From positions 17,174,001-17,238,000 of the forward strand of contig JBHGNT010000015.1 in the NCBI GenBank assembly GCA_043228905.1: a stretch of DNA of 64,000 nucleotides. Direction: 5' to 3'. Shown here one piece after another: positions 36,550 to 48,038 of this stretch. Made by a program: the position numbers and the translations under genes. The notes beneath the pieces were generated by a model. The model saw only the letters and a list, made by a program, of their open reading frames with translations, was not told the origin of the DNA and made no database searches. Source of the stretch: Azolla caroliniana. Taxonomy: Eukaryota > Plantae > Polypodiophyta. Numbering within the stretch: the first letter of the stretch is position 1; each line of letters starts with the position of its first letter.

Positions 36550-37127
36550 CCGGTTTATGAGCAATCCCAGCAAGGAGCACTGGAACGCGGTCAAATGGAT
36601 ACTACGGTACTTGAAGGGCACTTAGAATATGTGTCTCCGATTCGGCTCTGGTAAACCTTAACTTGACGGGTTTACCGATTCGGACATGTCGGCCGATGTG
36701 GATACCAGCCGGTCTACATCTGGGTATGTAATGACATATGCAAGGGGAGTTGTTTCATGGCAGTCGAGGCTGTAGAATACGGTTGCGTTGTCAACCACGG
36801 AAGCGGAGTACATGGATGTATTATGGATGAAGGACTTCATCAATGAGCTCGGTATCCGGCAAGATGAATACCGGCTCTATTGTGACAGTCAAAGTGCCAT
36901 CCACCTTGCTAAGAACGCAGCGTACCATTCCAGGACGAAGCACATCCAGCGTAGGTATCACTGGATCCGGGAGCGAGTAGAAGATCGAGAGTTCACACTG
37001 ACGAAGATCCACACGGCCGAGAACGGGTCAGATATGTTGACCAAAGTACTGATACCCGACAAGCTGGATGCATGTCGGAAGCGGATCGGACTAGTAAGAC
37101 ATCCCATGCCGGAGTGAAGGGGGAGTT

Positions 37128-37762
37128 TGTTAGGAAACAGGTCCCTCCAGATGGGAAGTGAGAAGAACAGTGTTGATGATCAACTCGGCCGAGGCCGAAT
37201 CCGGATGTGGAGTACCCGACAACGGAAGACCCAGTGAGAACCGGATGTGGAGTACCCGGCAACGGAAGACCCGGTGAGAACCGGATGTTGCAGGCCCAGT
37301 GAGAACCTCTCACCGGATGAAGGGACATATATGTAGATATGTTCTAGAGAGCCCACTAGGGCTATATTTTGTAAATAGCCGAAAGTCATATTAGTATAAA
37401 TATGACCTAGGGCAAACTCAGTAGTTGTGTGCGTGTGTATAATTTTGGTGTAACAATTGTACAGAGAGAGAGACAGAGAGAGCGATACAAAGCATGTCTC
37501 TGTTGTAACCGCCGCCAGGCGAAGATCGTGAGCATGAGGTCGTTGCCTCTGTTCTCCTTGTTGTAATGGTTGGCATAGTAATAGTTTGGGGTCTGTGGAC
37601 TCCCGTGGTTTTTCCCTCTCAGGGTTTTCCACGTTAACATCATGTGTATTCTCTTTTTTGTTCGGGTACTTACCTCTATTCCCATTTCTTCTATGTTCGA
37701 TTATGATCAAGTGATCTACACTTCGGTTGTGACCGGCGATTATTCCGCGTATTTCCTTGTCA
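37128..37762 (+). repeat. 3' LTR of copia D, containing a 40-bp tandem repeat (~37199-37290)
   Basis: TGTTAGG...TGTCA after the PPT. Its 3' part matches 26328-26601. CCGGATGTGGAGTACCCG.CAACGGAAGACCC.GTGAGAA occurs a little over twice. Confidence 0.9.
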
Positions 37763-37765
37763 ATT

Positions 37766-39663
37766 TGTGTGCACGAGCTCTAGAGGTTGTCATATCGTCT
37801 CATAGTGGAGAGAGTGCGGACTTCGGGTTTGTTTCCTATAATGACAATTCTCACAAAAGTCTGCTTTCGACTAGAGCTTCGGGATTTAGCCGATCGCCAT
37901 CAATCAGTCCAGTTTGGCTTGAGACATATGGTCGAGTCGGCCATGCCATAAGTTTGAGTCCCGCGATTTGGATATGTTCACTACCCCTTCTAGATTGATC
38001 GACATCAGTGGGTACAAGTTATTGTACTCCATTTTCGATTTTTAGATTTCCTCAGCTAATCATTCATGTCAACTCACTGAGAGTCGTTCAGTACCCGTCT
38101 TCGGCTAATATGTTGATGGAGACCAAACTCCTTTTCAACTCAAGTACGTGTTGGACTTGGTGCAAGCTGATCGTATTGTCATTCGGCAATTGGATGGGAA
38201 CCTCTTTGATCCCTTCGATTGTGCACTCCTGCCCATTGCCTAGTCAGACTATGCCGTTGGCGCCAGCCGAATAGTTCGAAAACCATTTGATATTCGAGGT
38301 CACATGAAATGTGGCACCGGAGTCCATTAGCCACGTTTGTGCATCTTGCACACTGTAGAGGACTTCTCCGATCATCGAGTCCTCTAGGGAGAGGATTTCT
38401 CCTGGTCGGGAGTTGGCAACATTGATTTGGTTTCCATCTAGAGAACAGTTCGAGTCGGATCGTCCAGAGTTCTGCTCAAATCATCAACTGCTCTCTTTCC
38501 TCTTGATCGACCAGCAGTCGGAAATGTTGTGACCATTTTTTCTACAATGTGTGCAGAAGTCACTTGGTCGACTGTTCCTCGACTTCAACCGTTGTCAGAC
38601 TCCCTTCTTTCTTGGTCAACTGGTGTTCCCGACCGGTTCTTCCGACTTGTTTTCTCGATCGACTCGGTCGTTCGATCGACTCGGTCGAGTGGTGGGCTTT
38701 TGCCGACTCGTCGATGGTGATTACCATCAATTTTTGCCGAATGTTCTCTATGAGGATTTGGCCGATTATCTCGTCCAAGTTCAGCCTAGGGCAACTATTG
38801 GCAAAAGTCGTGCAAAATACCTCCCAACTTGCTAGCAAGTTTGAAAGGAGGGCAAGGGCCTTAACTTCTTCTTCGAAGTTGATCCCTTGGGAGGAGAGTT
38901 CAAACAACACCCGACTGAAGGTGTTGATGTGCGAGGTTGTTGGATCTGTCTCTCTCATCTTCATGTTGAATAATTGTCGAATCAATATCATCTTTGAAGA
39001 GGGGGACTTCTTCTCATATACAGCATGTAACTTCTCCCACAAAGAGAATGTTGTTATCTCATTAGCCATGCTAAAATAGACATTTTCGGCCAGATGCATC
39101 TGAATGGTGGAGCATGCGATTTCGTCTATGGATCTCCACTCTTTAGCAATCATTGAAGAAAGTTTTCCGTTGTGTGTCGGATGGCTTCAACCTATCTTCG
39201 AATGATCAACACGGCTTGCATCATCTCCTTCCATAGGGCAAAGTTTTTGCCGTCGAACTTTCTAATTTCAACTCTTGTACCAGACATTGAAGCCATGTTC
39301 TTTTCGAAGTGAGATTTACTGACCTGGTCTTTTCTTTCAGCATTTCTGCTCTTCATTGCCATTGAACAACAAGTCGCTCTGATACCACTTGGTGGAGGAT
39401 AAACGTGGAAGAATGTGTGTGTGAGAACCTGTCGAGTTGTGCACAGCAAACAAACACAGATAGATGACAAAGGGGGAAACATAAAATATACACAGATTCA
39501 AGCTTCAATGGAAGTTCTTATTTCTCTCTCTGTAACTCTTTCTCTCTGAGATTCTCTAATCACCGTTACAATGTTAGGGCTGAGCTTATATACTCAAGCC
39601 CTAGATAGAAGACGTGTTCACACTAGGATACAAAGTGGAAGGAATCGACCATTTATGCCAACA
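37766..39663 (-). mobile_element. Truncated copia G (5' LTR ~39390-39663, iMet PBS, gag, protease)
   Basis: Reverse-strand TGGTATCAGAGC at 39376-39387. Gag VEIRKFDGKNFALWKEMM and LWEKLHAVYEKKS; protease WLMDSGATFHVT at ~38.3 kb. The outer LTR boundary is tentative. Confidence 0.8.
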
Positions 39664-42600
39664 CTAGTACACCCCCTAGAGGAATTTATCATGGATATAT
39701 GGTTCGCAATTATCAACTACCTACAAGGGCAATTAGACGAGGTTTGTGGCCACTCCAATGACGTGGTCACTGCCCGTTTGCGCTTCTGGAAAAAACAGTG
39801 GAACACATCGATGGTGACGCAAGGAGGAAACGACCGGAGGTGGAACTACCAGCCCCCACACTAGTTTTTTCCTACTCACCTCCCACCCTCCCTTCATTGT
39901 AGACCATAGGAGTCGGCTCGTATTGGCTGATGAGGAAGGGTAGTAGTTTATAGCTATATGTACCTACTTACATTAAGTAGTCAATTTGAAAGGATATATA
40001 CATAGTCTCATATTCTTGAACTTGATCGGAGGGTGATTCCCTGATTTATGTATAAGCCACCTTGTGTAGTCTTTCTGTAATAATCTCTCCTAACTAATGG
40101 GAAAGTAGCTTCTTTCGGAGGGAAAAAAAGAGAAAAACATGCATGATCATTTTATCAATGCATTGTATATCAAATGGGAAGCACTGAGACGTGAAAACTC
40201 ACAAATCTTTTTTTTCTTAGAAATCTAGTCATAGTATAGAAAAATATACATAGAGGTGTGATTTTCAAGTGACCAATGGAGGGAACAAATATCTTGGTTG
40301 CTGAAAATGCCAAAAGGGCTACCGTATTTTAAAGATAGAAGTCGAGCATCTTTCCAAACATTAATAAACCGGGGACGTTGAGTAATTGTAACTTTGAACC
40401 TCCAACAAAACCATTCCACAAATCATACCTACATGTCAGATTAAAAATGTAAATTTGAATTTATGACACGAATATGCCTACCCATGAAATTATAAACATA
40501 AAGGATTCTTTAGGTAAACTCTAAATAAACCAAAACCTCATATACCTGTGGTGTCCTCAAATTATATGTGTACTTTGTATATGTGCATATGTGGTTACAT
40601 GTGTCTGAAAGACTGAATGTATGAATGTATTCATGCATGCATGTATATATGTAATTTTTAATGCTATTCACTTATTTATCCCATTGATCAAATTCTGGTA
40701 ATAACAAATACCATAGAAATCTCAAAAGAGTAAACTTTGAGGAAAACACCAACAAACACAAGAACCAAGTTGAATGTTATGGGCAAATTCAATCAAAAAC
40801 TCATTTCTCACTAGCTTTACTAATTCACAAAGGGCTCATTCGATATCATACAAACATCTATGATCTTCGGCTTCAAGATTCCTCCTACTCACTCTAGAGT
40901 CTCCATAAATATTAAGACCAAAATATCATGTAGCAAGTCCTCTAAAAAAGTGTCTATCACTATTCTCAAGTACATATTGAGAAGTTGTCTAAAATAACTT
41001 GTCAACCTTCATATGATTATGCCCCCTAATACAAATCCGCATAAACAGAAAAAAGGAGGGAAAGTGACCCAAATACATCAACCACAAAAGTATGATTGCC
41101 TAGTTTTAAAATTAACACAAATGATCATCATAATTAAGAGGAAATAGTGGTGAATTTTTTTAGTCCACGTGGCTTCGAGGTGGTGCATTCTTTTGTCTCC
41201 ATGAGCAAGCTATTACTTTTTAAAATTCTTAAACAAAAGGTTGGATTATATAAGGTTTAGAAAATGCTTTAGTGGTGCCTTCCTTTACATCTTTCTACCC
41301 TATTTGATGAGCCCACCCGCCAATAGTTGAATGGGGTTCAAGGAATCACAAAAATGTGCATATATTGTTTGTTACACGAATATGCCCCTAAGGCAAAACA
41401 CCATTTTTCGATCTATATCAATATGTACATACGTATGCATAGACCATCCTTGAATGTGTGCATTTGTGTGTAACCCTTTGATACTTAAATGTTTGATGTC
41501 CTATCAAGTTGGAAGAGTGCCCCATAAAATGATAATACAATCATGGGAGAACATTGTGGGCATTTGAGGTTATCACCCAAGGAAACACAATTAAGTTGTA
41601 TCAATAAACAATGTGCAAGGTGCGATGATGCTTGGCATGACTCTTTTAAGTATATTTTCCAAAAAGGAGTGCATTATAACTTGTAGGCTAGCCTTTACCT
41701 ATAAAGTGAATGTCATCTAGCTAGCATGTTGTCATTCTCCATCTAATACGTTTGGGAAATGAAAAAATCGCGCTCAATTCTTTTGAACCTAGTTGGTTGG
41801 AAAATTGAAAGCCATGAATTAATTGAGTCAAAGATGTTATTATTAATAATAACACCACCGTAAATGTTCACAATATGATTATGGTTGGCTCATCAATATA
41901 ATAGCAGAAGCCAATGTGAAATATTCACAAGCTCACCTCAATTAAAACCCAAATGAGTCAAAATTAAAGTACACAATTATCTCGATTCTATTGACTAATT
42001 TCTTATTGTGCTTTCCAACTCTACACTATTAGCAACATGTCAAAGCATCGTTTTGAGTTTCTCATAACTATATACATTATGTCATAGGAAAATAAAAAAG
42101 GATAGCCATAGTACGATGATTGAAATGCTAACTCTTCAAACGCACCAACTGCCTTAAACATCAATGCAAACTCTTTGTGAGAGTCTAAAACATTGATTCG
42201 TGATCGTGCAAGAGATTTATATTATCTAAAAAGTGTACACACATTGTCATCTCACATACAATTCGAATGGTGCCCCAGGAGCAAGGCCATGGAAAAATAT
42301 CCAATTTTTTTGGACAACTTTGTGAGAATGTGAATACTTGAAATGCATTGTCATTGTCATTGTGAAATGTTTCCAGATATACATTTGAAACAATACCAAG
42401 GTGCTCGTCTTCATTTATCAAGAAATAGCATAAATAACCACTTTACAATATTTCAGTGGCCCTAACCGTCAGTTGTGACGAGACTATCTAAAGGTACGAA
42501 AACAAAACGTGTATAAAGAGAAGATGTAAAGTTGCCAATTGTGAGACTTGGTCATTTACCACGTATGTTGGTTGAATACAATGTATGTTTTCATCATTCT

Positions 42601-44029
42601 TCAACTTAAAATTCTTACTCTTTAAAGCAAACCGATTTTAAATGCGCCCTTCAAAGCATGCACAAGCTATGGCATTGGTGGGGTTCAAGGTACATAAAGA
42701 CAACTATTTGTTGAAGATGAAGTGTTTATTACAGATAATGCTAGCAAAGATCACTACATACCCTTGGTAAAAAAGTAAAGTACAATACTTTAAAACAAAA
42801 AAGAAGTTAACAAAGCATCAACATTATAAATCACGCTAATCACATTGATTTTTTATGATGTTTGCAATAAGCTCACTAAGTATATCATACTCTTGATTAA
42901 TTCTCTCCCTTTCTCTTATTAGTATTGTAGTAATATATATTAATTATGGCTTAATGATTGTCTCCTCTATGTACATTTCTCAAATGGGAGTGTAATCTTA
43001 GTTAAGTACTTTCTCAATTTTAGGGCCTAATTAGGAAATTATTGCAAGCATAAATAACACTTGTAACTTCATAACTATACCTTTTAAAATATAAACTCAT
43101 GTTACTCTAAGTATTATTTCTCTTAGTTGAAAGGTTCTCATTTATTAACATGTCTGGAAATCTAACGTGACATAGTTTATTCACGTGTGCCTCAAATGTT
43201 GGCACCTAGTATAGTTGGAAACTTGGAAGTATACAAAGTGTTTGTCTAGTTTGGGTACATATTCATAAGTTATAGGCTATAGCTTAAGAAATGGGTCACT
43301 GTAGATGCGTTAGATGGCGACTGACAAATTGTCATAACTCTTTGTGGGCACACTTTGCATTCATAAAAGTGATTGCTGAAAGGCTTGTCATGAAAAAGAA
43401 ATGATCTTCTCCACATATTATTGGGCTAGCCTATCCCTACGAAGATGTTTATGTTTTTCCAAAGCGAGTTCTCACGTGTTATTTAAGAGTGCTCATGGAT
43501 TGGTTCTTTTTTTATCATAATTTGAATGGACTTGAGTCGGGGCACCATGCCTTAATGACTCTTTGTCAAGCAGCTAGGTGAGATTCTAACAAGATTATGA
43601 GGCTATTGGGACCTCATCTTGTTAGAGTTGAAGCTGTGTTTCATCAAATGGGAACAAATTTTATTGGCCAAAGAATATGCATATTTGAGCCCAAGGATGA
43701 TTGGAAGCAATTAAAGCGACATTGTTCCAATTTGTGAAAACATACAACTTTGAGCTATACTAATGGAGTCGAAGTATTGAACACCATTAAAATGAACTAA
43801 TTTGGATTGGAGGGCATAAAGTTCATGTATTCGTGTCTCGGAGCATCATAGCATCATAGAAGCACACATATATTATTGTATTGGTCAATATGCACACATT
43901 CCCTTGCTTGTTTTATTGAGTCAACTCATCGGAATATAGAGAGATTACAGAAAGGGCATTTGATTTCCCATAAAAACATGGGAAAGCTCAAATAACACTG
44001 AGGCTCGAGAAAGCAATGTCAATAAGATT

Positions 44030-44210
44030 ATTTGCATGTGTGTGTGTGTGTGTGCATGCACGCAGACACACACAACATACACAAACCATTTGATTGTTGC
44101 ATGCAGGCTTATATCACATGGTTGGAATTTGGCATGAGGGCGCATACAAAAGATCACATCGTAGGAAGAAGGGAGAGTGCACACCCATTTCTCTATAGAG
44201 CTACATGTGC

Positions 44211-44241
<31 letters not shown>

Positions 44242-44320
44242 AGGTGCACACACACACACACACACATGCACGCACGTGTGCAGACACATATACGCATGCA
44301 CTTGCACACATGCACGTTCT
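44030..44320. repeat. Compound (GT)/(CA)/(ACACAT) microsatellite-rich tract
   Basis: Runs of GT, CA and ACATAC are visible directly. Confidence 0.85.
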
Positions 44321-44889
44321 TTGGATGAGAACTCGAAAGGGTTCCTAAAAAGGCGAGGAGGCGAGAGATTTGGGGGGGGGGGGGAGTGAAACAAGAATGT
44401 TATGAGGGTTGATGAGGAGAGGGTCGTTAAGGGGCAGTTGTATGTGTGTGTGTGGGGGGGTTGGGGTTGTGAAAAGTGTGAATCTTGAGAGGAGAGTAGT
44501 TGTGTGACCAATGTGTATGTGTGGGAATTATTATTAAAGAGGAAACAAAAGGCATATTTGTTTTTGAAAGACCTTAGGGGTGAGGGGCCCCGGGGGGGGG
44601 GGGGGGGGATTAATTTATATGAAAAAAAAGGCTTAACAAATAAAAAACTAAACCCCCAAAAAAAACCTCAAGGTTAAAAAGAAAATTAAAAGTCCTAAAG
44701 TTCTCCTCTACCCCGAAAGCCTTATTTATTTTTGGTTTATATTTATTTCCCTAATCTTATTTTGTTGATTTGTATTTTTTAGAGGGTCAACTAACGATTC
44801 TAACGTTTTTGTTTTTTTTATTTTATTTTAAGGGAGCGTAAAAAAACAAAATGGAAAAGGAAAGAAATAAACAAATAAAACGGGTGCCT

Positions 44890-45380
44890 CCCCTCTTAAC
44901 GGCGGCCGTTATGTAAGACGGCCGGCCCCCCCACTCCCAAACAGACGAAAAAAGAAATAGAAACAAAAAGGAATTATAGAAGCCCGAGGCCAGCTGTGGG
45001 TAGCAGGAGAAGGCCATCCGACGGTTAGGATTGCTTCACATCGGACGGTCCACAGAAACCGAAAAATATATATATGTATATATATAGGAAAAATAAAAAC
45101 AAATGACGTAGCGGTTAACGGCCGGTGGGCCCCACCGGCCCCGGTCGTACGCGCCATTTCAGAGAAAGGCCTAACTTGCGAGTACTAAAAGCCAGCCTGG
45201 CTTGGTCAACCTCTCAGGCGCACGGGTGAATCACGCATGGCCACGTGTCAGACAGCTGGGTGGCAACTGGCCTAAAACCCGCTGCTCCCGGTGGCCACCC
45301 GGTCACCATGAAGCTCATTCATGGGCTTAACGTGTAAAAATAGAATATGTATGTATGTGTACATGTATACATAGCAGTTG
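44890..45380 (+). promoter_or_regulatory. GC-rich upstream regulatory region of the MYB gene (MYB-core cluster, ABRE/G-box, TCP-like site)
   Basis: TAACGG/CCGTTA at 44897 and 44906, CGGTTA at 45022 and 45112, TAACGG at 45116, CAACTG at 45264, CAGTTG at 45375. GCCACGTGTC at 45240, GTGGGCCCCAC at ~45125, TGACG at 45104. Confidence 0.55.
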
Positions 45381-45887
45381 CCCCTTTTTAAGCGCATCTG
45401 CACATACATACATACATACATACATAACATATTAGCCCACATATGGATGGATTCACGGTGAGCATCCTCATGTATGCATGTATGGATTGTCTTCGTAAGT
45501 ATGAATGGCCTTGTAAGTATGTATGCATATATATATGTGTATGGTATATGTACGCATGCATAGTTGTAAGTTGTATGTATATTATGTATATGTGTATGTA
45601 TGTATGTGTGTGATATTCCTAATTAGGCAATATTTATTTATTTATTTGTTTTGTTTTTTTCGAATTTTCCTTTTTGTTATACTTTTCTTCTTCTTCTTCT
45701 TCGTCTCCTTCGTCGTCTTCACCGCCGGCGGGAAGCTTCTACCTTCCTACCGCCTGCAGAAGCTCGCAGCCGCCATAGCCATATCCCTCCGTCTTTCTCT
45801 TTCTCTTTCTCTTTCTCTGTCTCTCTGTTTCTCTTTTCTCTTGCTCTGCCAGAGAACGAATCCATCCATCCATCCATCCATCCATCA

Positions 45888-45986
45888 ATGGAAGGCTCCA
45901 ATCATGAGGAGCACCAACCGAAACAGAAACAGAAGCAGGAGAAGCAACCTCCGCTCGACTTCTCCGTGATCGCATGCTTCCCCTGA
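45888..45986 (+). other. Candidate upstream ORF (32 aa) in the pyrimidine-rich 5' leader of the MYB gene
   Basis: ATG at 45888 to TGA at 45984-45986, ending 51 nt before the main ATG. The transcription start is unknown. Confidence 0.35.
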
Positions 45987-46037
45987 TATATCTGATCGCA
46001 ACTTCTCGGTTGTCATCTTCCCTTGGTACTCGCTTCC

Positions 46038-48038
46038 ATGGCGCTCTCAAGCTCGACCAAGACATCTGCATCGGTCTCTCACGCTTCTGTGTCTGCGTCG
46101 ACCATCCACAACCCGAATGATCGAGTGAAAGGTCCATGGAGCCCCGAGGAAGACGCGGCTCTCCATCGACTAGTTGAGAAGTATGGAGCTCGAAACTGGT
46201 CTCTGATAAGCAAAGGAATACCTGGTCGATCAGGTAAGTCATGCCGACTTCGATGGTGTAATCAGCTCAGTCCTCAGGTAGAGCACAGACCATTCTCTTC
46301 TGATGAAGATCGGGCCATAATAGAAGCTCACGCTCTGCATGGAAACAAATGGGCTACCATAGCTCGGCTACTCCCTGGTCGCACAGACAATGCTATCAAG
46401 AACCATTGGAACTCTACTCTTCGTCGGCGTTGCCCTTCTTCCTCATCCACCTTCTCCGCTGAGAAGCTTAATATCAATGCCGATGCTTCGGCTTCATTGA
46501 GCGACGAGAATCTTCAACCTCATCATCTCGATAAGGCGTCTTTAATCAGGCCTTCTGCTCAGATATATATTAGTGGTAGTGATCAAGAGCTAGTATATGA
46601 AGCTGAAGAGATCTGTTATACGAGTAGTAGTTTTGATGGTTATTGCAGGAAACGGAGCAGTAACGATCAGCAGGTTTCCAACGATGGTAGCAGTAGTAGC
46701 CTTCTGCAGCAAGAAGATATCAACAGTTCTGCAGGAAACATATGGGAAGCAGAGTCAAGAAACAAGCTTATGAAGGTTAGCTTAATGAATAACCATAGCC
46801 ATGGACATGCTTATGGATATGCACAGCTCGAGTCACCTCTTGGATCAGATAACTGTGGCCATAACAACAGCAACAGTAACAATAGAAATAATTCATCAGT
46901 TTTCAAGCCTGTGCCGAGAGTTTCTGCATTCTCTACTTATGGATCAGCCATGGCGAAAAAATTATCTCCTGGTGAAGACTCAAGCTCGAGCACTGATCCT
47001 CAGACGTCGCTCAGCCTTTCATTACCAGGTCAACCAGCTGTCAGCAAGAAGCTTCTTTGTACAGATGTGGCGGAAGCCTGCACATGTCTTTCTTTACCTG
47101 TGCATAAAAAGAAGCTTCTGGATATCCCGGAACCTTGCATTTCAAGCCTTTCCTCACCTGTGCAAAGGAAGAAGCTCCTGGATATGGGGGAACATTGCAC
47201 TACAAGCCTTTCTTGTCCCGTGCTAAGAAAGAAGCTTGTGGATATGGCAGATTCTGTTGATCAAAGGAATGAGCTTGTGGATATGGCCGAATCTGTTCAT
47301 CAAAGGAAGGACCTTCTGGATGTGGCCGAAACTTGCACTACCAGCCTTTCCATACCTGTCTTTCAAAGCAAAAAGCTGCTTCCTGAAGCTCGCTCTATCT
47401 ATAGCTATGAAGAAAAGCCTGTGCTGTGTGCAGAAAACCATAGCTCTACTCCTTCTTCGGTGCTAAACACAGAAGCTTTCTCTCAAGCTTCAGCTTTCCA
47501 TGAACAGAAGAAACCTGTTTCCTTAATGCAAATGCAAACACAAGGGGCCTCAATGTCAGATAGAAAAAACATAGCTTCCATGATTGATCCTTCTTCAGTC
47601 ATGTCAATCGACATATTGCAAACAAAAACACAACTTCCTCTTCTTCAAGCAGGAAGTTTCATGAAAGTAGAAGATGCAATGAGCCTCATCAGTACTGCCA
47701 TTAAAGCTGCAGTTTCTCAAGTTCTTGCTCCCATTGTTCAACCACCACCTTGCCCCCGTCATAATGGTAAGACCAATGATGATGAAGAAAATGACGAGAA
47801 TGACGAGAATGATGGTCTTCTTTGTGCATCTGACTGCAATGGAGCTAGTCTGAATGAAGGTTTAATGGCGGCAATGAAAGAAATGGTAGCAAAGGAAGTT
47901 CACACATATATGGCCACCTGTTCTGTGCCGTTTCATGGCTATCCTAATAGTGCTGGTATTCATCATCATCAACAGCCAAGCCCTCACACTGAATCATATG
48001 AGGCTTCTACACCTCAATCCAGAAAGAAGGTGGGATAA
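46038..48038 (+). CDS. Intronless R2R3-MYB transcription factor, subgroup 22 (MYB44/MYB73/MYB77-like), 666 aa from first ATG
   Basis: R2R3 domain [12 protein letters not shown]...[15 protein letters not shown]...[33 protein letters not shown]-type TSLSLSLPG, and C-terminal [18 protein letters not shown] typical of subgroup 22. Single uninterrupted ORF. Confidence 0.95.
   Translation: MALSSSTKTSASVSHASVSASTIHNPNDRVKGPWSPEEDAALHRLVEKYGARNWSLISKGIPGRSGKSCRLRWCNQLSPQVEHRPFSSDEDRAIIEAHALHGNKWATIARLLPGRTDNAIKNHWNSTLRRRCPSSSSTFSAEKLNINADASASLSDENLQPHHLDKASLIRPSAQIYISGSDQELVYEAEEICYTSSSFDGYCRKRSSNDQQVSNDGSSSSLLQQEDINSSAGNIWEAESRNKLMKVSLMNNHSHGHAYGYAQLESPLGSDNCGHNNSNSNNRNNSSVFKPVPRVSAFSTYGSAMAKKLSPGEDSSSSTDPQTSLSLSLPGQPAVSKKLLCTDVAEACTCLSLPVHKKKLLDIPEPCISSLSSPVQRKKLLDMGEHCTTSLSCPVLRKKLVDMADSVDQRNELVDMAESVHQRKDLLDVAETCTTSLSIPVFQSKKLLPEARSIYSYEEKPVLCAENHSSTPSSVLNTEAFSQASAFHEQKKPVSLMQMQTQGASMSDRKNIASMIDPSSVMSIDILQTKTQLPLLQAGSFMKVEDAMSLISTAIKAAVSQVLAPIVQPPPCPRHNGKTNDDEENDENDENDGLLCASDCNGASLNEGLMAAMKEMVAKEVHTYMATCSVPFHGYPNSAGIHHHQQPSPHTESYEASTPQSRKKVG

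Larger units (their letters stand above)
26328..37762 (+). mobile_element. Ty1/copia element D (Tnt1/Tork-like), decayed, 5' LTR truncated, two nested insertions
   Basis: Partial 5' LTR 26328-26601 and PBS TGGTATCAGA at 26604. Gag MFKLTSSNYSVWKSKM, CCHC at ~27.3 kb, protease WVVDSGASFH, integrase (ADNGGEY), RT 34788..35741 (LYVDDML), RNase H (YCDSQSAIHLAKN). PPT at 37111-37125, 3' LTR 37128-37762. Confidence 0.93.

Noticed and set aside
39664-39960. Possible LINE ORF2 3' remnant (ORF 39571..39864)
   Set aside because: No diagnostic motif recognisable without a search.
42100-43800. Coding-like decayed patches, possibly DNA-transposon remnants
   Set aside because: No TIRs, TSDs or convincing catalytic motifs.
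43945-45969. ORFs 43945..44511, 44032..44328 and 45523..45969
   Set aside because: They are translations of microsatellite and low-complexity DNA.
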